Below are positions 8,661-18,489 of a DNA stretch of 64,000 nucleotides, piece after piece. The position numbers and the translations under genes are program-made. Under the pieces are notes generated by a model. The model did no database searches. It was given only the letters and a program-made list of their open reading frames with translations, and was not told the origin of the DNA. Numbering within the stretch: position 1 is the stretch's first letter; every line of letters starts with the position of its first letter. This DNA comes from Elusimicrobia bacterium RIFOXYA2_FULL_39_19 (GTDB lineage: Bacteria; Elusimicrobiota; Endomicrobiia; CG1-02-37-114; XYA2-FULL-39-19): NCBI GenBank assembly GCA_001800285.1, contig MGVC01000013.1, positions 79,175 through 143,174 of the forward strand, in the 5' to 3' direction.

Positions 8661-9887
8661 TTAACCTTTGCTCATTTGGTTTGTCAATTCAAACATCGGA
8701 AGGAACAGGGCCAGTACCATTGATCCGATGACCCCTCCCATAAATACTATGATTAACGGCTCAATCATGCTGGTCATGCCCTTAACAGCATCATCTACTT
8801 CTCTGTCATAAAAAGATGATATTTTAGTTAACATGATATCTAAGGTTCCCGTTTCTTCTCCAACTGAAATCATTTGTATAACCATTGGCGGAAAAATATT
8901 GCTTCTTTTTAAAGGTTCAGTAATTCTTTCCCCTTCACGAATTGATTCCCTGGCACTAAGGATTGCATTCTCAATTACCATATTACCGCTTGTTTTAGCT
9001 ACTGTTTCGAGTGCTTGTAATATAGGAACGCCTGATTTTACAAGTGTACCTAAAGTGCTTGTAAATTTAGCTATACTCATTTTCTTAATCATAAGACCGA
9101 ATACAGGTATTTTTAATTTAAATTCATCTACTTTCAATCTGAATTTAGGAAAACGTTTTATTGCTTGCTTAAAGCCTATGAATCCCAAAATTGGAAGAAT
9201 AATTAATGCAATTATGTTATTCTGCAAAAAAGCACTAAGGGCAAGCATGATTCTGGTAGGTAAAGGCAGTTTTACGCCAATTTCTGAAAATATAGCAGAA
9301 AACCTTGGAATAACACCTATCAACATAAATGCTGACGCTCCGACAGCAATAAATGCTACAACCGTGGGATACATCATGGCGCCCTTAATCTTTCCTTTTA
9401 ATTCTTCAGACGATTCAAGATATCCTGAAAGCCTGTCTAAAATAATATCTAAAATACCTCCGATTTCACCGGCTTTTACCATTGAAATATAAAGTTCGCT
9501 AAAGGCTAGAGGATGTTTTTTCATTGCATCAGCAATAGAAATACCGGATTCTATGTCTTCGCGGATTTTTGAAATAACCTTCTTAAAATTAACATTTTCA
9601 GCCTGTTCTTCGAGAATACTTAATCCTTGAACTATAGGCACTCCTGAAGTTACAAGTGTTGACAACTGTCTTGAAAATAAAGTTAATTCTTTTGAAGGAA
9701 TGCTTTTTCCGAAAGGGAGCATATTCATTAAAGCATCAAAACCGCCGGCTTTTTTTTCGTTTATTTCAAGAACCACAAAGCGCTGAGCACGCAATTTATC
9801 CATTGCAACACGTAAATCTGGTGATTCCATGGTTCCTGTAGAGATATTTCCGGAAGGTGCTTTTATTTTATAACTGAATTGTGCCAT
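8661..9887 (-). CDS. pilC: Type IV pilus inner-membrane platform protein PilC (GspF family).
   Basis: 408 aa. It shows the duplicated GspF-type architecture with three TM segments. Confidence 0.85.
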   Translation of the reverse strand: MAQFSYKIKAPSGNISTGTMESPDLRVAMDKLRAQRFVVLEINEKKAGGFDALMNMLPFGKSIPSKELTLFSRQLSTLVTSGVPIVQGLSILEEQAENVNFKKVISKIREDIESGISIADAMKKHPLAFSELYISMVKAGEIGGILDIILDRLSGYLESSEELKGKIKGAMMYPTVVAFIAVGASAFMLIGVIPRFSAIFSEIGVKLPLPTRIMLALSAFLQNNIIALIILPILGFIGFKQAIKRFPKFRLKVDEFKLKIPVFGLMIKKMSIAKFTSTLGTLVKSGVPILQALETVAKTSGNMVIENAILSARESIREGERITEPLKRSNIFPPMVIQMISVGEETGTLDIMLTKISSFYDREVDDAVKGMTSMIEPLIIVFMGGVIGSMVLALFLPMFELTNQMSKG

Positions 9888-9904
9888 ATTTAAAGCCTCT
9901 TAGT

Positions 9905-10999
9905 TTAATATTTTGGAACTGAAGTATTTTCTTTTTGAATTAATCTCTTTAAATCTTCCATGTCTGAAGTATGCATTAATGCTTCCTGATAGGTAATTTG
10001 TCTTTTCAAATATAAATTTGCCAAGCACATATTCATTGTCTGCATACCGAATTTTCCACCGGTTTGCATAGCTAATGCAATTTGTTCTGTTTTTAAATCT
10101 CTAATCAAATTTCTGATTCCCGGGGTAACTATTAAAACTTCACAGCCTAAGCACCTGCCGGTTCCGGAAGCATGAGGTATTAATATTTGAGAAAAAACAG
10201 CCTGCAACGTAAAAGATAGCTGTGAACGAACCTGGGCCTGTTGATGCGGAGGAAACACATCTACCATACGGTTTATTGAAGATGCTGCGTCAGTTGTATG
10301 TAATGTTGCGAAAACGAGGTGGCCTGTTTCTGCAATAGTTATTGCTGCCTGAATAGTTTCAAGATCACGCATTTCGCCTACAAGTATTATGTCAGGATCC
10401 TGCCTTAAAACGTATTTTAATGCCAATGGAAATGAATTTGTGTCTGTTCCCACTTCTCTCTGATTTACTACTGATTTTTTGTGTAAATGAATATATTCGA
10501 TTGGGTCTTCAATTGTCAGAATATGTGATTGGTTGTGTTCGTTAAGAAAATCTATCATTGAAGCAAGAGTTGTGGATTTACCGCTTCCGGTGGGTCCAGT
10601 TACTAAAATAAGTCCTTTAGGAATTTTCATTACTTCATAAGCTATGGGAGGAAGCCCTAATTCTTCAAAGTTAGGTATTTTATTTGATATTGAACGGAAA
10701 GCAGCACCGATAGATCCTCTCTGTCTGTATACATTCATCCTGACTCTTCCAACACCTTTAATACCAAAGGATAAATCCAATTCATTGTTTGCTTCGAATT
10801 TTTCTTTTTGAGTATCAGTTAAAAGCGAATAAATCAACCGCTGACTTATGTCGGAGGTCATTTTTTCATACTGAGTAGGTATTAATTCGCCGTCTACACG
10901 TAACATAGGCGGCAATCCTGTTGTAATATGTAAATCGCTGGCATTTTTTTCTACCATTAGCAGGAGCAAATCTTGCATATTTACTATTCCGCTGGACAT
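9905..10999 (-). CDS. pilT: Twitching-motility retraction ATPase PilT.
   Basis: 364 aa. Walker A motif GPTGSGKSTT is present. The size and motifs match PilT/PilU rather than PilB. Confidence 0.85.
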   Translation of the reverse strand: MSSGIVNMQDLLLLMVEKNASDLHITTGLPPMLRVDGELIPTQYEKMTSDISQRLIYSLLTDTQKEKFEANNELDLSFGIKGVGRVRMNVYRQRGSIGAAFRSISNKIPNFEELGLPPIAYEVMKIPKGLILVTGPTGSGKSTTLASMIDFLNEHNQSHILTIEDPIEYIHLHKKSVVNQREVGTDTNSFPLALKYVLRQDPDIILVGEMRDLETIQAAITIAETGHLVFATLHTTDAASSINRMVDVFPPHQQAQVRSQLSFTLQAVFSQILIPHASGTGRCLGCEVLIVTPGIRNLIRDLKTEQIALAMQTGGKFGMQTMNMCLANLYLKRQITYQEALMHTSDMEDLKRLIQKENTSVPKY

Positions 11000-11015
11000 T
11001 TGTTTCTCCTAATTT

Positions 11016-12770
11016 TTAAATTGATTCAACATCGGTATCACCAGTAGTCACTCTCATGACCTCTTCTACTGTAGTGGTCCCGCCTATTAACTTTCTTAAA
11101 GCGCTTTCTCTCAAAGTCAACATACCTTTTCTTCGGGCCATCTGTTTTATTTTATGTGTTGGTTCTTTATTTAGAAGAAGGTCTCTTAATTCATCGCACA
11201 TTTCAAGAATTTCGTAAGCGCCAATTCTGCCCTTGTATCCCTTTGAGCAATGTTCACATCCTTTACCCCTGTATAAAACTACATTTTGTTTGTTCCCCAC
11301 CTGATCCGGTTTAACTCCCAGAGGAATTAAATGTTCTAATGGGACTTCATATGGTTCCTTACAGTATTTACATATGGTTCTAAGCAATCTTTGTGCAATA
11401 ACCATTATTATTGTCGATGAACTTAAAAACGGTTCCACCCCCATATTTGATAAACGGGTTACGGTGCTTGCAGCATCATTTGTATGCAACGTAGCAAAAA
11501 CTAAGTGACCGGTAAGTGCGGCATTAATAGCTATTTCAGCAGTCTCTTTATCACGAATTTCACCTACAAGTATAATATTTGGGTCCTGTCTTAAAAAAGA
11601 ACGCAATCCGGCCGCGAATGTAAGGCCTATTTCTGACCTTACGTGAACCTGGTTGATTCCTTCTATCACAAATTCAACAGGGTCTTCGATAGTTGATATG
11701 TTTATGTCTGGATGATTTAGTGTAGTTAATGCCGAATAAAGAGTGGTTGATTTACCGCTGCCAGTAGGGCCTGTTACAAGATTTATACCAAATGGCATTT
11801 GAATGTTTTTTTCAAATATCGCTAGTGTTTCGGGTTCCAGTCCCAATTTATGCAGGTCTACGCACAAAGAACTTGTGTCCAAAATACGCATGACTACTTT
11901 TTCTCCGAAGGCCATGGGAAGAATGGATACACGGAAAGAAACTTCCTTGTTGAGTAATTTAATTTTTATTCTTCCATCCTGCGGTAAACGATGTTCCGCT
12001 ATATCCATTTTTGCCATGATTTTGATTCTTGATATAAGCGCATTTTGAAATTTCTTTGGCGGCGGTTGCTGTTCATGCAATACACCGTCAACCCTAAAAC
12101 GCACTCTTAATGTTTTCTCATATGGTTCTATATGGATGTCGCTGGCTTTTTGTTTTACAGCGCTTGTTAAAATAAAATTTACTATTTTTACTACCGGGGC
12201 TTCTTCAGACTGGAGTTCCAGGGATAAAGAATCCTGATCTTCTTCTTTTTCTTTAACTACTTCAATATCAACATTTTCAATTGCTTGTTCAATATCTTTC
12301 AGAACTGTATCAAACGATGATTTCGTAGTATAATACTTTTCAATAGTTTCTTTTATTTCTTTTTCCGAAGATATTACTACGCTGATATCGTAACCCGTCA
12401 TAACTTTTAAATCATCTATTGCAAATATATTAAACGGATCACACATTGCTATGGTTAAAGTTTTACCTTTTTTCTCGATAGGTATTAAAGTCTGGTGTCT
12501 GATAATGCTTTCAGGTACTGCCTTCAAAACTTCTTCTGGTATTTCGCCGAATTCCTGTAATGATATAAACTGCATGCCTGCTTGTTTTCCAAGAAAAGTC
12601 AAAAGAACTTCTTCAGTTACATAATTTAATTGCATTAGTATATGGCCTAATTTGCCTCCAGATTGTTTTTGAATCTCAAGGGCTTCCTTAAGCTGTTCCG
12701 GGGTTAATATACCCAGATTAACAAGCATTTCGCCAAGTTTCTTTAGTGGTATTACTTCTTTTGTAGACAT
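11016..12770 (-). CDS. pilB: Type IV pilus extension ATPase PilB.
   Basis: 584 aa with an N-terminal GSPII_E_N domain and Walker A motif GPTGSGKSTT. A C-terminal tetracysteine motif is present (CKYCKE...CEHCSKG). Its start overlaps the coaD 3' end by 19 bp. Confidence 0.85.
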   Translation of the reverse strand: MSTKEVIPLKKLGEMLVNLGILTPEQLKEALEIQKQSGGKLGHILMQLNYVTEEVLLTFLGKQAGMQFISLQEFGEIPEEVLKAVPESIIRHQTLIPIEKKGKTLTIAMCDPFNIFAIDDLKVMTGYDISVVISSEKEIKETIEKYYTTKSSFDTVLKDIEQAIENVDIEVVKEKEEDQDSLSLELQSEEAPVVKIVNFILTSAVKQKASDIHIEPYEKTLRVRFRVDGVLHEQQPPPKKFQNALISRIKIMAKMDIAEHRLPQDGRIKIKLLNKEVSFRVSILPMAFGEKVVMRILDTSSLCVDLHKLGLEPETLAIFEKNIQMPFGINLVTGPTGSGKSTTLYSALTTLNHPDINISTIEDPVEFVIEGINQVHVRSEIGLTFAAGLRSFLRQDPNIILVGEIRDKETAEIAINAALTGHLVFATLHTNDAASTVTRLSNMGVEPFLSSSTIIMVIAQRLLRTICKYCKEPYEVPLEHLIPLGVKPDQVGNKQNVVLYRGKGCEHCSKGYKGRIGAYEILEMCDELRDLLLNKEPTHKIKQMARRKGMLTLRESALRKLIGGTTTVEEVMRVTTGDTDVESI

Positions 12771-13252
12771 TTTTGTTTTGGATACTTTTCCTTTATTTTT
12801 TTAAACACTGGCTTAGGCACCATGTCTTCTACATTTCCGCCTAAGCTGGCAATTTCTCTTATTAGGCTTGAAGATAAATAAGTATATTTCTCATCCGGTA
12901 TAAAGAAGACCGTTTCAATATCCTTACTAAACTTACGATTCATTAAAGCCAGCTGAAACTCATATTCAAAATCACTTACCGCTCTTAAACCTCTTATAAC
13001 AATACTCGCTTTTTTTGATTTTACATAATCTACTAAAAGGCCCGAAAAAATGTCTACCTTAACATTTGGGAGATGTTTTATACTTTCTTCAAGCATTTTT
13101 TTTCTTTCTTCAACTGTAAAAGTGGGTTTCTTATTGTGGTTGTCTGTAATTGAGATGATTATTTTGCTGAATATTTTACTGCTTCGAAATACTATTTCGG
13201 TATGTCCATTAGTTGGCGGATCAAAACTTCCTGGATATACTGCAATCTTCAT
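12752..13252 (-). CDS. coaD: Phosphopantetheine adenylyltransferase.
   Basis: MKIAVYPGSFDPPTNGHTEIV is the canonical CoaD N-terminus. Confidence 0.85.
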   Translation of the reverse strand: MKIAVYPGSFDPPTNGHTEIVFRSSKIFSKIIISITDNHNKKPTFTVEERKKMLEESIKHLPNVKVDIFSGLLVDYVKSKKASIVIRGLRAVSDFEYEFQLALMNRKFSKDIETVFFIPDEKYTYLSSSLIREIASLGGNVEDMVPKPVFKKIKEKYPKQKCLQKK

Positions 13253-13290
13253 GCCATATATATATAAATTATTTTAATAATTGTCAAACT

Positions 13291-15381
13291 TTACCCTATC
13301 TGGAAAAGCTTAAATTTCCCGGCAAACCTCTGTAATAACTCATGCTTTAATAAGACATTTTCCTGAGTATTTAATTTTGGATCTGAAAGGATGACCTCTT
13401 CTGCTACTTTTTTTGTATTTGCTATAGTATCGATATCTCTGACAATATTACCTATTTTCAGTTCTGATAATCCGTGCTGGGACGTACCAAAAAATTCACC
13501 AGGACCTCTTAATTCAAGGTCAAATTCAGCTATTTTAAATCCGTCATTGGTAGAAAGCATGATATCTATGCGTTTTTTTGAATCTTCAGTTTTCAGGTTA
13601 CCTATAAGAATGCAATAAGATTCCAAATCTTTGCTTCTACCTACTCTGCCACGCAGCTGGTGTAATGTTGCTAACCCGAATCTTTCTGCATGTTCAATTG
13701 CAATCACTGTTGCATTAGGAATATCAATACCTACTTCAATTACAGTAGTAGTTGTCAAAATATCATATTTTTTCTGTTTAAAATCTGACATTATCTGTTC
13801 TTTTTCTTTGCCCGGCATCTGTCCGTGCAAAAGGCCTACCTTGAATTCTGCAAAAACTTCCTGGGCCAGGTGTTTTGCTTGGGTAACAGCTGATTTTAAT
13901 TCTACTTTGTCTGATTCCTCAACCAAAGGAAAAACGATGTATGCCTGATGGCCTTTTTTTACTTCGTTTTTTATAAATTCATAAGCCTTTATTTCATCTG
14001 TAAATATGGTTTTTACCGGTTTTCTTCCCGGAGGCATTTCATTTATCACGGATATATCCATGTCTCCGTAAAGAGTTAGAGCCAATGAACGCGGAATTGG
14101 TGTTGCTGTCATTATAAGTACATCAACATTTCCCTTTTCAATGAGTTTTTTTCTTTGATATACACCAAACTTATGCTGTTCGTCAATAACAGCAAACACA
14201 AGATTTTTAAATTTTACCTTACTTTCTATCAATGCATGAGTTCCTATTAACAAATCTATTTTCCCTTCTTCAACCTGCTTCAAAATAGTTTTTTTCTTTA
14301 GCGATGGTGTGGATGATGTTAATAATTCAAATTTAATGTTTAAACCTTCCAAGTATTGTTTTATCGTCGAATAATGCTGTTCCGCTAGAATCTCTGTAGG
14401 AGCCATGAAAACAGCTTGAAAGTTGTTTTCCAAAGCCAGTAACAGGGCACTTAATGCTACTACAGTTTTTCCCGAACCTACGTCACCTATCAACAACCTG
14501 TTCATTGGCAGTTTTGACTGAAGATTTGCAAAGATTTCATTAATTACTTTTTTCTGAGCCTGAGTGAACTCAAAAACCAGTTTGTTTTTGAATGGTGTTA
14601 AATAATGCTTTAAAAGTTTATAGGTATGTTCTTTTTCTTTTTCTGTGCGATGAAGTTTGGATATTTGCACAGCTGTTTCAAAAAGAAGGAATTCATCAAA
14701 AACAAGTTTTGTTTCAGATTTTTCCAAAATAGCATAATCTGCAGGAAAATGAATATTGGCCACAGCTGAACTGGCATCAATAAGACCATATTGTTCACGA
14801 TATTTTTTTGGTATGAATTCTGAAAATTGATTAGCGTACTCCTTAACTGCATTAAACATTATTGATCTTAAAAACTTGCTGGATAGGCCTTCTGTAAGAT
14901 CGTAAATTGGTACTATGCGGTTTGTATGAATGGTTACAACATTCGGATTAGTTATTACTTCATATTCATCGGTTCTTAACTGTTTAGTGTTTCCAAAATA
15001 TTCCACTTTTCCGTTAATAATAATATTTCGGGTAGGTTGAAAATCTTTTTTCAAGGTAGCAAAAGCATCATATCTGAAACTTGGTTTTCTGTAAAAAGTG
15101 GCATAAATGATACCGGTACTATCCGATATGGCAGCTTTAAAAACCCATAAATAGGGGTTTATTTTCACTATATCAGTAAGTTCAACCTTACCTGATATAG
15201 TGGCTGTTTGGCCATTTTTAAGGTTTGAAATTCTGGCATATGTTCTTCTGTCATCATATTCTCTGGGGTAATAGGTTAAAAGTTCTCCGATAGAATTTAT
15301 TCCTATTCTTGAGAGAATTTTTGCCCTATTGGGACCTACACCTTTAAGATATTTGACTGATTTCTCGAATAATACGTTCAT
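13291..15381 (-). CDS. recG: ATP-dependent DNA helicase RecG.
   Basis: 696 aa. Helicase motifs GDVGSGKT and DEQHKFG are present, with an N-terminal wedge domain. Confidence 0.85.
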   Translation of the reverse strand: MNVLFEKSVKYLKGVGPNRAKILSRIGINSIGELLTYYPREYDDRRTYARISNLKNGQTATISGKVELTDIVKINPYLWVFKAAISDSTGIIYATFYRKPSFRYDAFATLKKDFQPTRNIIINGKVEYFGNTKQLRTDEYEVITNPNVVTIHTNRIVPIYDLTEGLSSKFLRSIMFNAVKEYANQFSEFIPKKYREQYGLIDASSAVANIHFPADYAILEKSETKLVFDEFLLFETAVQISKLHRTEKEKEHTYKLLKHYLTPFKNKLVFEFTQAQKKVINEIFANLQSKLPMNRLLIGDVGSGKTVVALSALLLALENNFQAVFMAPTEILAEQHYSTIKQYLEGLNIKFELLTSSTPSLKKKTILKQVEEGKIDLLIGTHALIESKVKFKNLVFAVIDEQHKFGVYQRKKLIEKGNVDVLIMTATPIPRSLALTLYGDMDISVINEMPPGRKPVKTIFTDEIKAYEFIKNEVKKGHQAYIVFPLVEESDKVELKSAVTQAKHLAQEVFAEFKVGLLHGQMPGKEKEQIMSDFKQKKYDILTTTTVIEVGIDIPNATVIAIEHAERFGLATLHQLRGRVGRSKDLESYCILIGNLKTEDSKKRIDIMLSTNDGFKIAEFDLELRGPGEFFGTSQHGLSELKIGNIVRDIDTIANTKKVAEEVILSDPKLNTQENVLLKHELLQRFAGKFKLFQIG

Positions 15382-15415
15382 TATTTATTTGTAATTAGAA
15401 AAAACGGTCAATTGT

Positions 15416-15444
15416 TTGCATTTTTTGATATTTGTTTGTATAAT
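15416..15444 (+). promoter_or_regulatory. Sigma-70-type promoter, TTGCAT-N17-TATAAT, upstream of rpmB.
   Basis: Read directly from the sequence. It is followed by an RBS (GGGAGG) and the rpmB ATG at 15479. Confidence 0.4.
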
Positions 15445-15478
15445 TAGAACTCATAAAATAAAAAATCCGGGAGGATTT

Positions 15479-15670
15479 ATGTCATATAAATGTGTTGTCT
15501 GCAGTAAAGGCCCAAGAGCAGGAAAGAGTATCAGTCATTCAAAAAGAGCCACAAACAGATTATTCAGGCCCAATTTACAGAAATTAAGAATAAAGTTTAA
15601 AGGTGTAGTGCAGAAATCATATGTTTGTACAAGATGCCTGAGATCAAACAAAGTAGAAAAAGCACTGTAA
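15479..15670 (+). CDS. rpmB: 50S ribosomal protein L28.
   Basis: MSYKCVVCSKGPRAGKSISHSKRATNRLFRPNLQKLRIK... is L28-like. The ORF-track entry 15416..15670 begins at an upstream TTG; the true start is the ATG at 15479 after the RBS. Confidence 0.8.
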   Translation: MSYKCVVCSKGPRAGKSISHSKRATNRLFRPNLQKLRIKFKGVVQKSYVCTRCLRSNKVEKAL

Positions 15671-15671
15671 T

Positions 15672-17387
15672 TTATATAATCTGCAACTGATGAAGCCTTC
15701 TGTAAAGGCCCTCTTTTTTAAAAAGCTCTTCATGAGTTCCTGTATCAATAATATTACCGTTTTCTAAAACAATTATTTTATCTGCTTTCTTTATTGTGGC
15801 CAATCTGTGTGCAATAATGAGTGTGGTTCTTCCTTCCATTAAAGTTTCCAGTGCCTGCTGAACCATCTGTTCAGATTCTGCATCGAGATTACTTGTAGCT
15901 TCATCTAAAAGCAATATTTTTGGATTTCTTACAATTGCCCTGGCAATTGCTATTCGCTGTTTCTCACCTCCGCTTAAAAGCACACCTCTTTCACCAACTA
16001 ATGTATCATAACCTTTTGTTGTTTTTGTTATAAAACCATGTGCCTGTGCAAGTTTAGCTGCATTTTCTATTTCTTCCTGCGTTGCATCAGCATTTCCGTA
16101 AGCAATGTTATAGCGTATGGTTTCATTAAACAGTATGGTTTCTTGAGTAACAATAGCCATTTGTGACCTGACTGATTTTAGGGTTGCTTCCTTAGTATTA
16201 AAACCATCTATTTGAATAATTCCACCTGTTGGATCATAAAATCTCAATAACAAATTTATTATTGTAGACTTGCCTGATCCAGACGGGCCCACAATAGCCA
16301 ATGCCTGCCCCGACTTTACTTCAAAATTGATTTTCTTTAATACCGGGTGATCTTTGTCATAATTAAAACTTACATCAACAAATCTTATTTTATCTTTAAG
16401 CTGAGGCATATCCTTTGCATCAGGTACTTCAGTTATCTCTGGTGGATGATTTAAAAATTCAAAAATTCTCTCGCTGGCAGACATGGCCTGCTGTATTTGA
16501 GGATTAAGGTTGGCAAAATTTTTTATCGGCTGATAAACTGAAAATGCTGCTGCAAAAAATGCAAAGAATGACCCTGGTGACCATACTCCGGATATAACAT
16601 CTTTACCTGCAAAAAACAATACTATACCTACGGAAAATGCGCCCATAAATTCCATAAGCGGTGAGGATAAGGCTTCAATTTTAGTAAACCTCATTACCAG
16701 AGTATATAAAGACCAGTTTATTTTCTTAAACCTCTCTATCTCTGTTTTTTCACGATTAAATGCTTTTGTAATATTTATTGCCATTATTGATTCCTGCAAA
16801 TTAGTATAAACTTCTGCCATTTGTTTCTGACCTTCTTTTGATAAAAGCCTCAGCCTTCTGGTAAAATTCACAATCGGTATTGATACAAAGGGCAGTACAA
16901 TGAATGTTATAAGCGCAAACTTCCAGTTCAGGTAAAACAATATTCCTATTAATACGATTACAGTTAACCCATCGCAAACAATAGTGGCTGGTGCTCTGTT
17001 TAAGGCAAACTGCAGAGCCGTGATGTCATTAGTTAAACGGGACATGATCTTTCCCGTAGTACCTTCAGAATAAAACCTGGTAGAAAGACACTGCAGTTTT
17101 TCATAGGTTTCGTTTCTTATAGAAAGTGTCATTCTCTGGGCAATGTATGACATGAAGTATGTTTTTGCATAGTTAAAAAGCCCTAGTAGAAAATAAGCCA
17201 GCGGAATTGCAAAAACTATAAGGTATAGTGAATGAACATCTTTTGCAATAAAGACCTTATCTATCATTGGTTTTAGCAAGTAACGTATAACACCCGTAAG
17301 GCCAGACACAATAAGCATGCAAAAAAGCGCTACTGCAAACCGGGCTTTGTAATGTTTGAAATACTCATACAATTGTTTAAAAATCAT
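15672..17387 (-). CDS. msbA: ABC transporter permease/ATPase, MsbA-like lipid A exporter.
   Basis: 571 aa with fused TMD and NBD. Walker A is GPSGSGKST and the ABC signature is LSGGEKQR. It is adjacent to lpxB. Confidence 0.7.
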   Translation of the reverse strand: MIFKQLYEYFKHYKARFAVALFCMLIVSGLTGVIRYLLKPMIDKVFIAKDVHSLYLIVFAIPLAYFLLGLFNYAKTYFMSYIAQRMTLSIRNETYEKLQCLSTRFYSEGTTGKIMSRLTNDITALQFALNRAPATIVCDGLTVIVLIGILFYLNWKFALITFIVLPFVSIPIVNFTRRLRLLSKEGQKQMAEVYTNLQESIMAINITKAFNREKTEIERFKKINWSLYTLVMRFTKIEALSSPLMEFMGAFSVGIVLFFAGKDVISGVWSPGSFFAFFAAAFSVYQPIKNFANLNPQIQQAMSASERIFEFLNHPPEITEVPDAKDMPQLKDKIRFVDVSFNYDKDHPVLKKINFEVKSGQALAIVGPSGSGKSTIINLLLRFYDPTGGIIQIDGFNTKEATLKSVRSQMAIVTQETILFNETIRYNIAYGNADATQEEIENAAKLAQAHGFITKTTKGYDTLVGERGVLLSGGEKQRIAIARAIVRNPKILLLDEATSNLDAESEQMVQQALETLMEGRTTLIIAHRLATIKKADKIIVLENGNIIDTGTHEELFKKEGLYRRLHQLQII

Positions 17388-18484
17388 TTAGTTTTCTCCA
17401 TAATTAATCGCGCGGTGCGTTCATAGCACCCCGGGTTTCCCAGGATGTTCCTGATATGCCTGAATTCGGACTTCATATCTTCAAGTTTTGAAATATTTGC
17501 TAGATAATCAAGTGTTTTTCCAGCTATTAATTCCGGATCTGCTTTATCCTGGATATATTCAGGTATAATTTCTCTTCCGGCTAAAAGATTGGTAATAGTC
17601 ACATTTTTAACATTTATCATTATTTTTATAATTATATAGGTAAGCCAGGGCAAGTGATACATAACAATCATTGGAATTTCCAGCAAGGTATTTTCCAAAG
17701 CTACTGTACCGCTTGTTGTTATTGCCATATCTATTTTTTTTCTGGTCTCATTATTCTCATCAAACACTACTTTAATATCACTATGCTGTTTATAGCAGTC
17801 TTCCAGAGATTTCATGCCAAATATTTTAAATTCAATATTTGGATATTTGATTCTTATGCGTTCTGCTGTTTTATTCATTATTGGTAAGTTCCAGTTTATT
17901 ACTTGTTTTCTGGAACCAGGGAAAAGACCGATAGTAAAAGATCCTGTTTCAGGGCTTCTAACCGGTTTCTTTTCAACTTTTGCAATAGAATCAAGGACAG
18001 GATTGCCCACAAATGTTACCGGTACACCTGCTTTATCATAGATTTCTTTTTCAAATGGAAAGATTACAAACATATGATTTACTGCATTTTTAAGTCTATA
18101 TACTCTTTTGGGTCTTGTAGCCCATACTTGCGGGCTTATGAAGTAATAAACAGGTATATTTAAGCTTTTCGCGGCTTCTGCCAGATTGATGTTAAATCCA
18201 TAAAAATCTACAGTAATAACAGCTTTAATGTTGTTTGTTTTAAGGTATGGAATAATGCGGTTCTTTATCAGATATTTAAGGGCAATGCTATGTTTTATCG
18301 GTTCCCATAAACCGTGTAGATTCAAATCGACAATATTATAAATAAAGGAATCGCTTGCTAGACGCAAGTGTTTACCTCCAATGGAAGATATTTTTAGGTT
18401 CTTGTTGAGTTTTTTAAGTTCCAGGGCAAGTTTAGAGGCGTGAAAATCGCCGGAAGGGTCCCCAGCTGATATTAAAATGTCCAT
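17384..18484 (-). CDS. lpxB: Lipid-A-disaccharide synthase.
   Basis: 366 aa. The N-terminus MDILISAGDPSGDFHASKL is typical of LpxB. Confidence 0.8.
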   Translation of the reverse strand: MDILISAGDPSGDFHASKLALELKKLNKNLKISSIGGKHLRLASDSFIYNIVDLNLHGLWEPIKHSIALKYLIKNRIIPYLKTNNIKAVITVDFYGFNINLAEAAKSLNIPVYYFISPQVWATRPKRVYRLKNAVNHMFVIFPFEKEIYDKAGVPVTFVGNPVLDSIAKVEKKPVRSPETGSFTIGLFPGSRKQVINWNLPIMNKTAERIRIKYPNIEFKIFGMKSLEDCYKQHSDIKVVFDENNETRKKIDMAITTSGTVALENTLLEIPMIVMYHLPWLTYIIIKIMINVKNVTITNLLAGREIIPEYIQDKADPELIAGKTLDYLANISKLEDMKSEFRHIRNILGNPGCYERTARLIMEKTK

Positions 18485-18489
18485 ATTCC

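Noticed and set aside
8833-9492. 219-aa plus-strand ORF inside pilC. There are similar antisense ORFs inside clpC (31078..31533 and 31564..32094), pilQ (3666..4031), tkt (52086..53117), the long tal gene (57077..57697) and the 467-aa ligase (1644..1982).
   Set aside because: They are entirely nested antisense within well-supported conserved genes. They have no RBS and low-complexity or biased composition, so they are classic shadow ORFs.
15416-15478. N-terminal 21-aa extension of the L28 ORF (MHFLIFVCIIRTHKIKNPGGF).
   Set aside because: It starts at a TTG upstream of the RBS and overlaps the predicted promoter. L28 homologs start at MSYKC..
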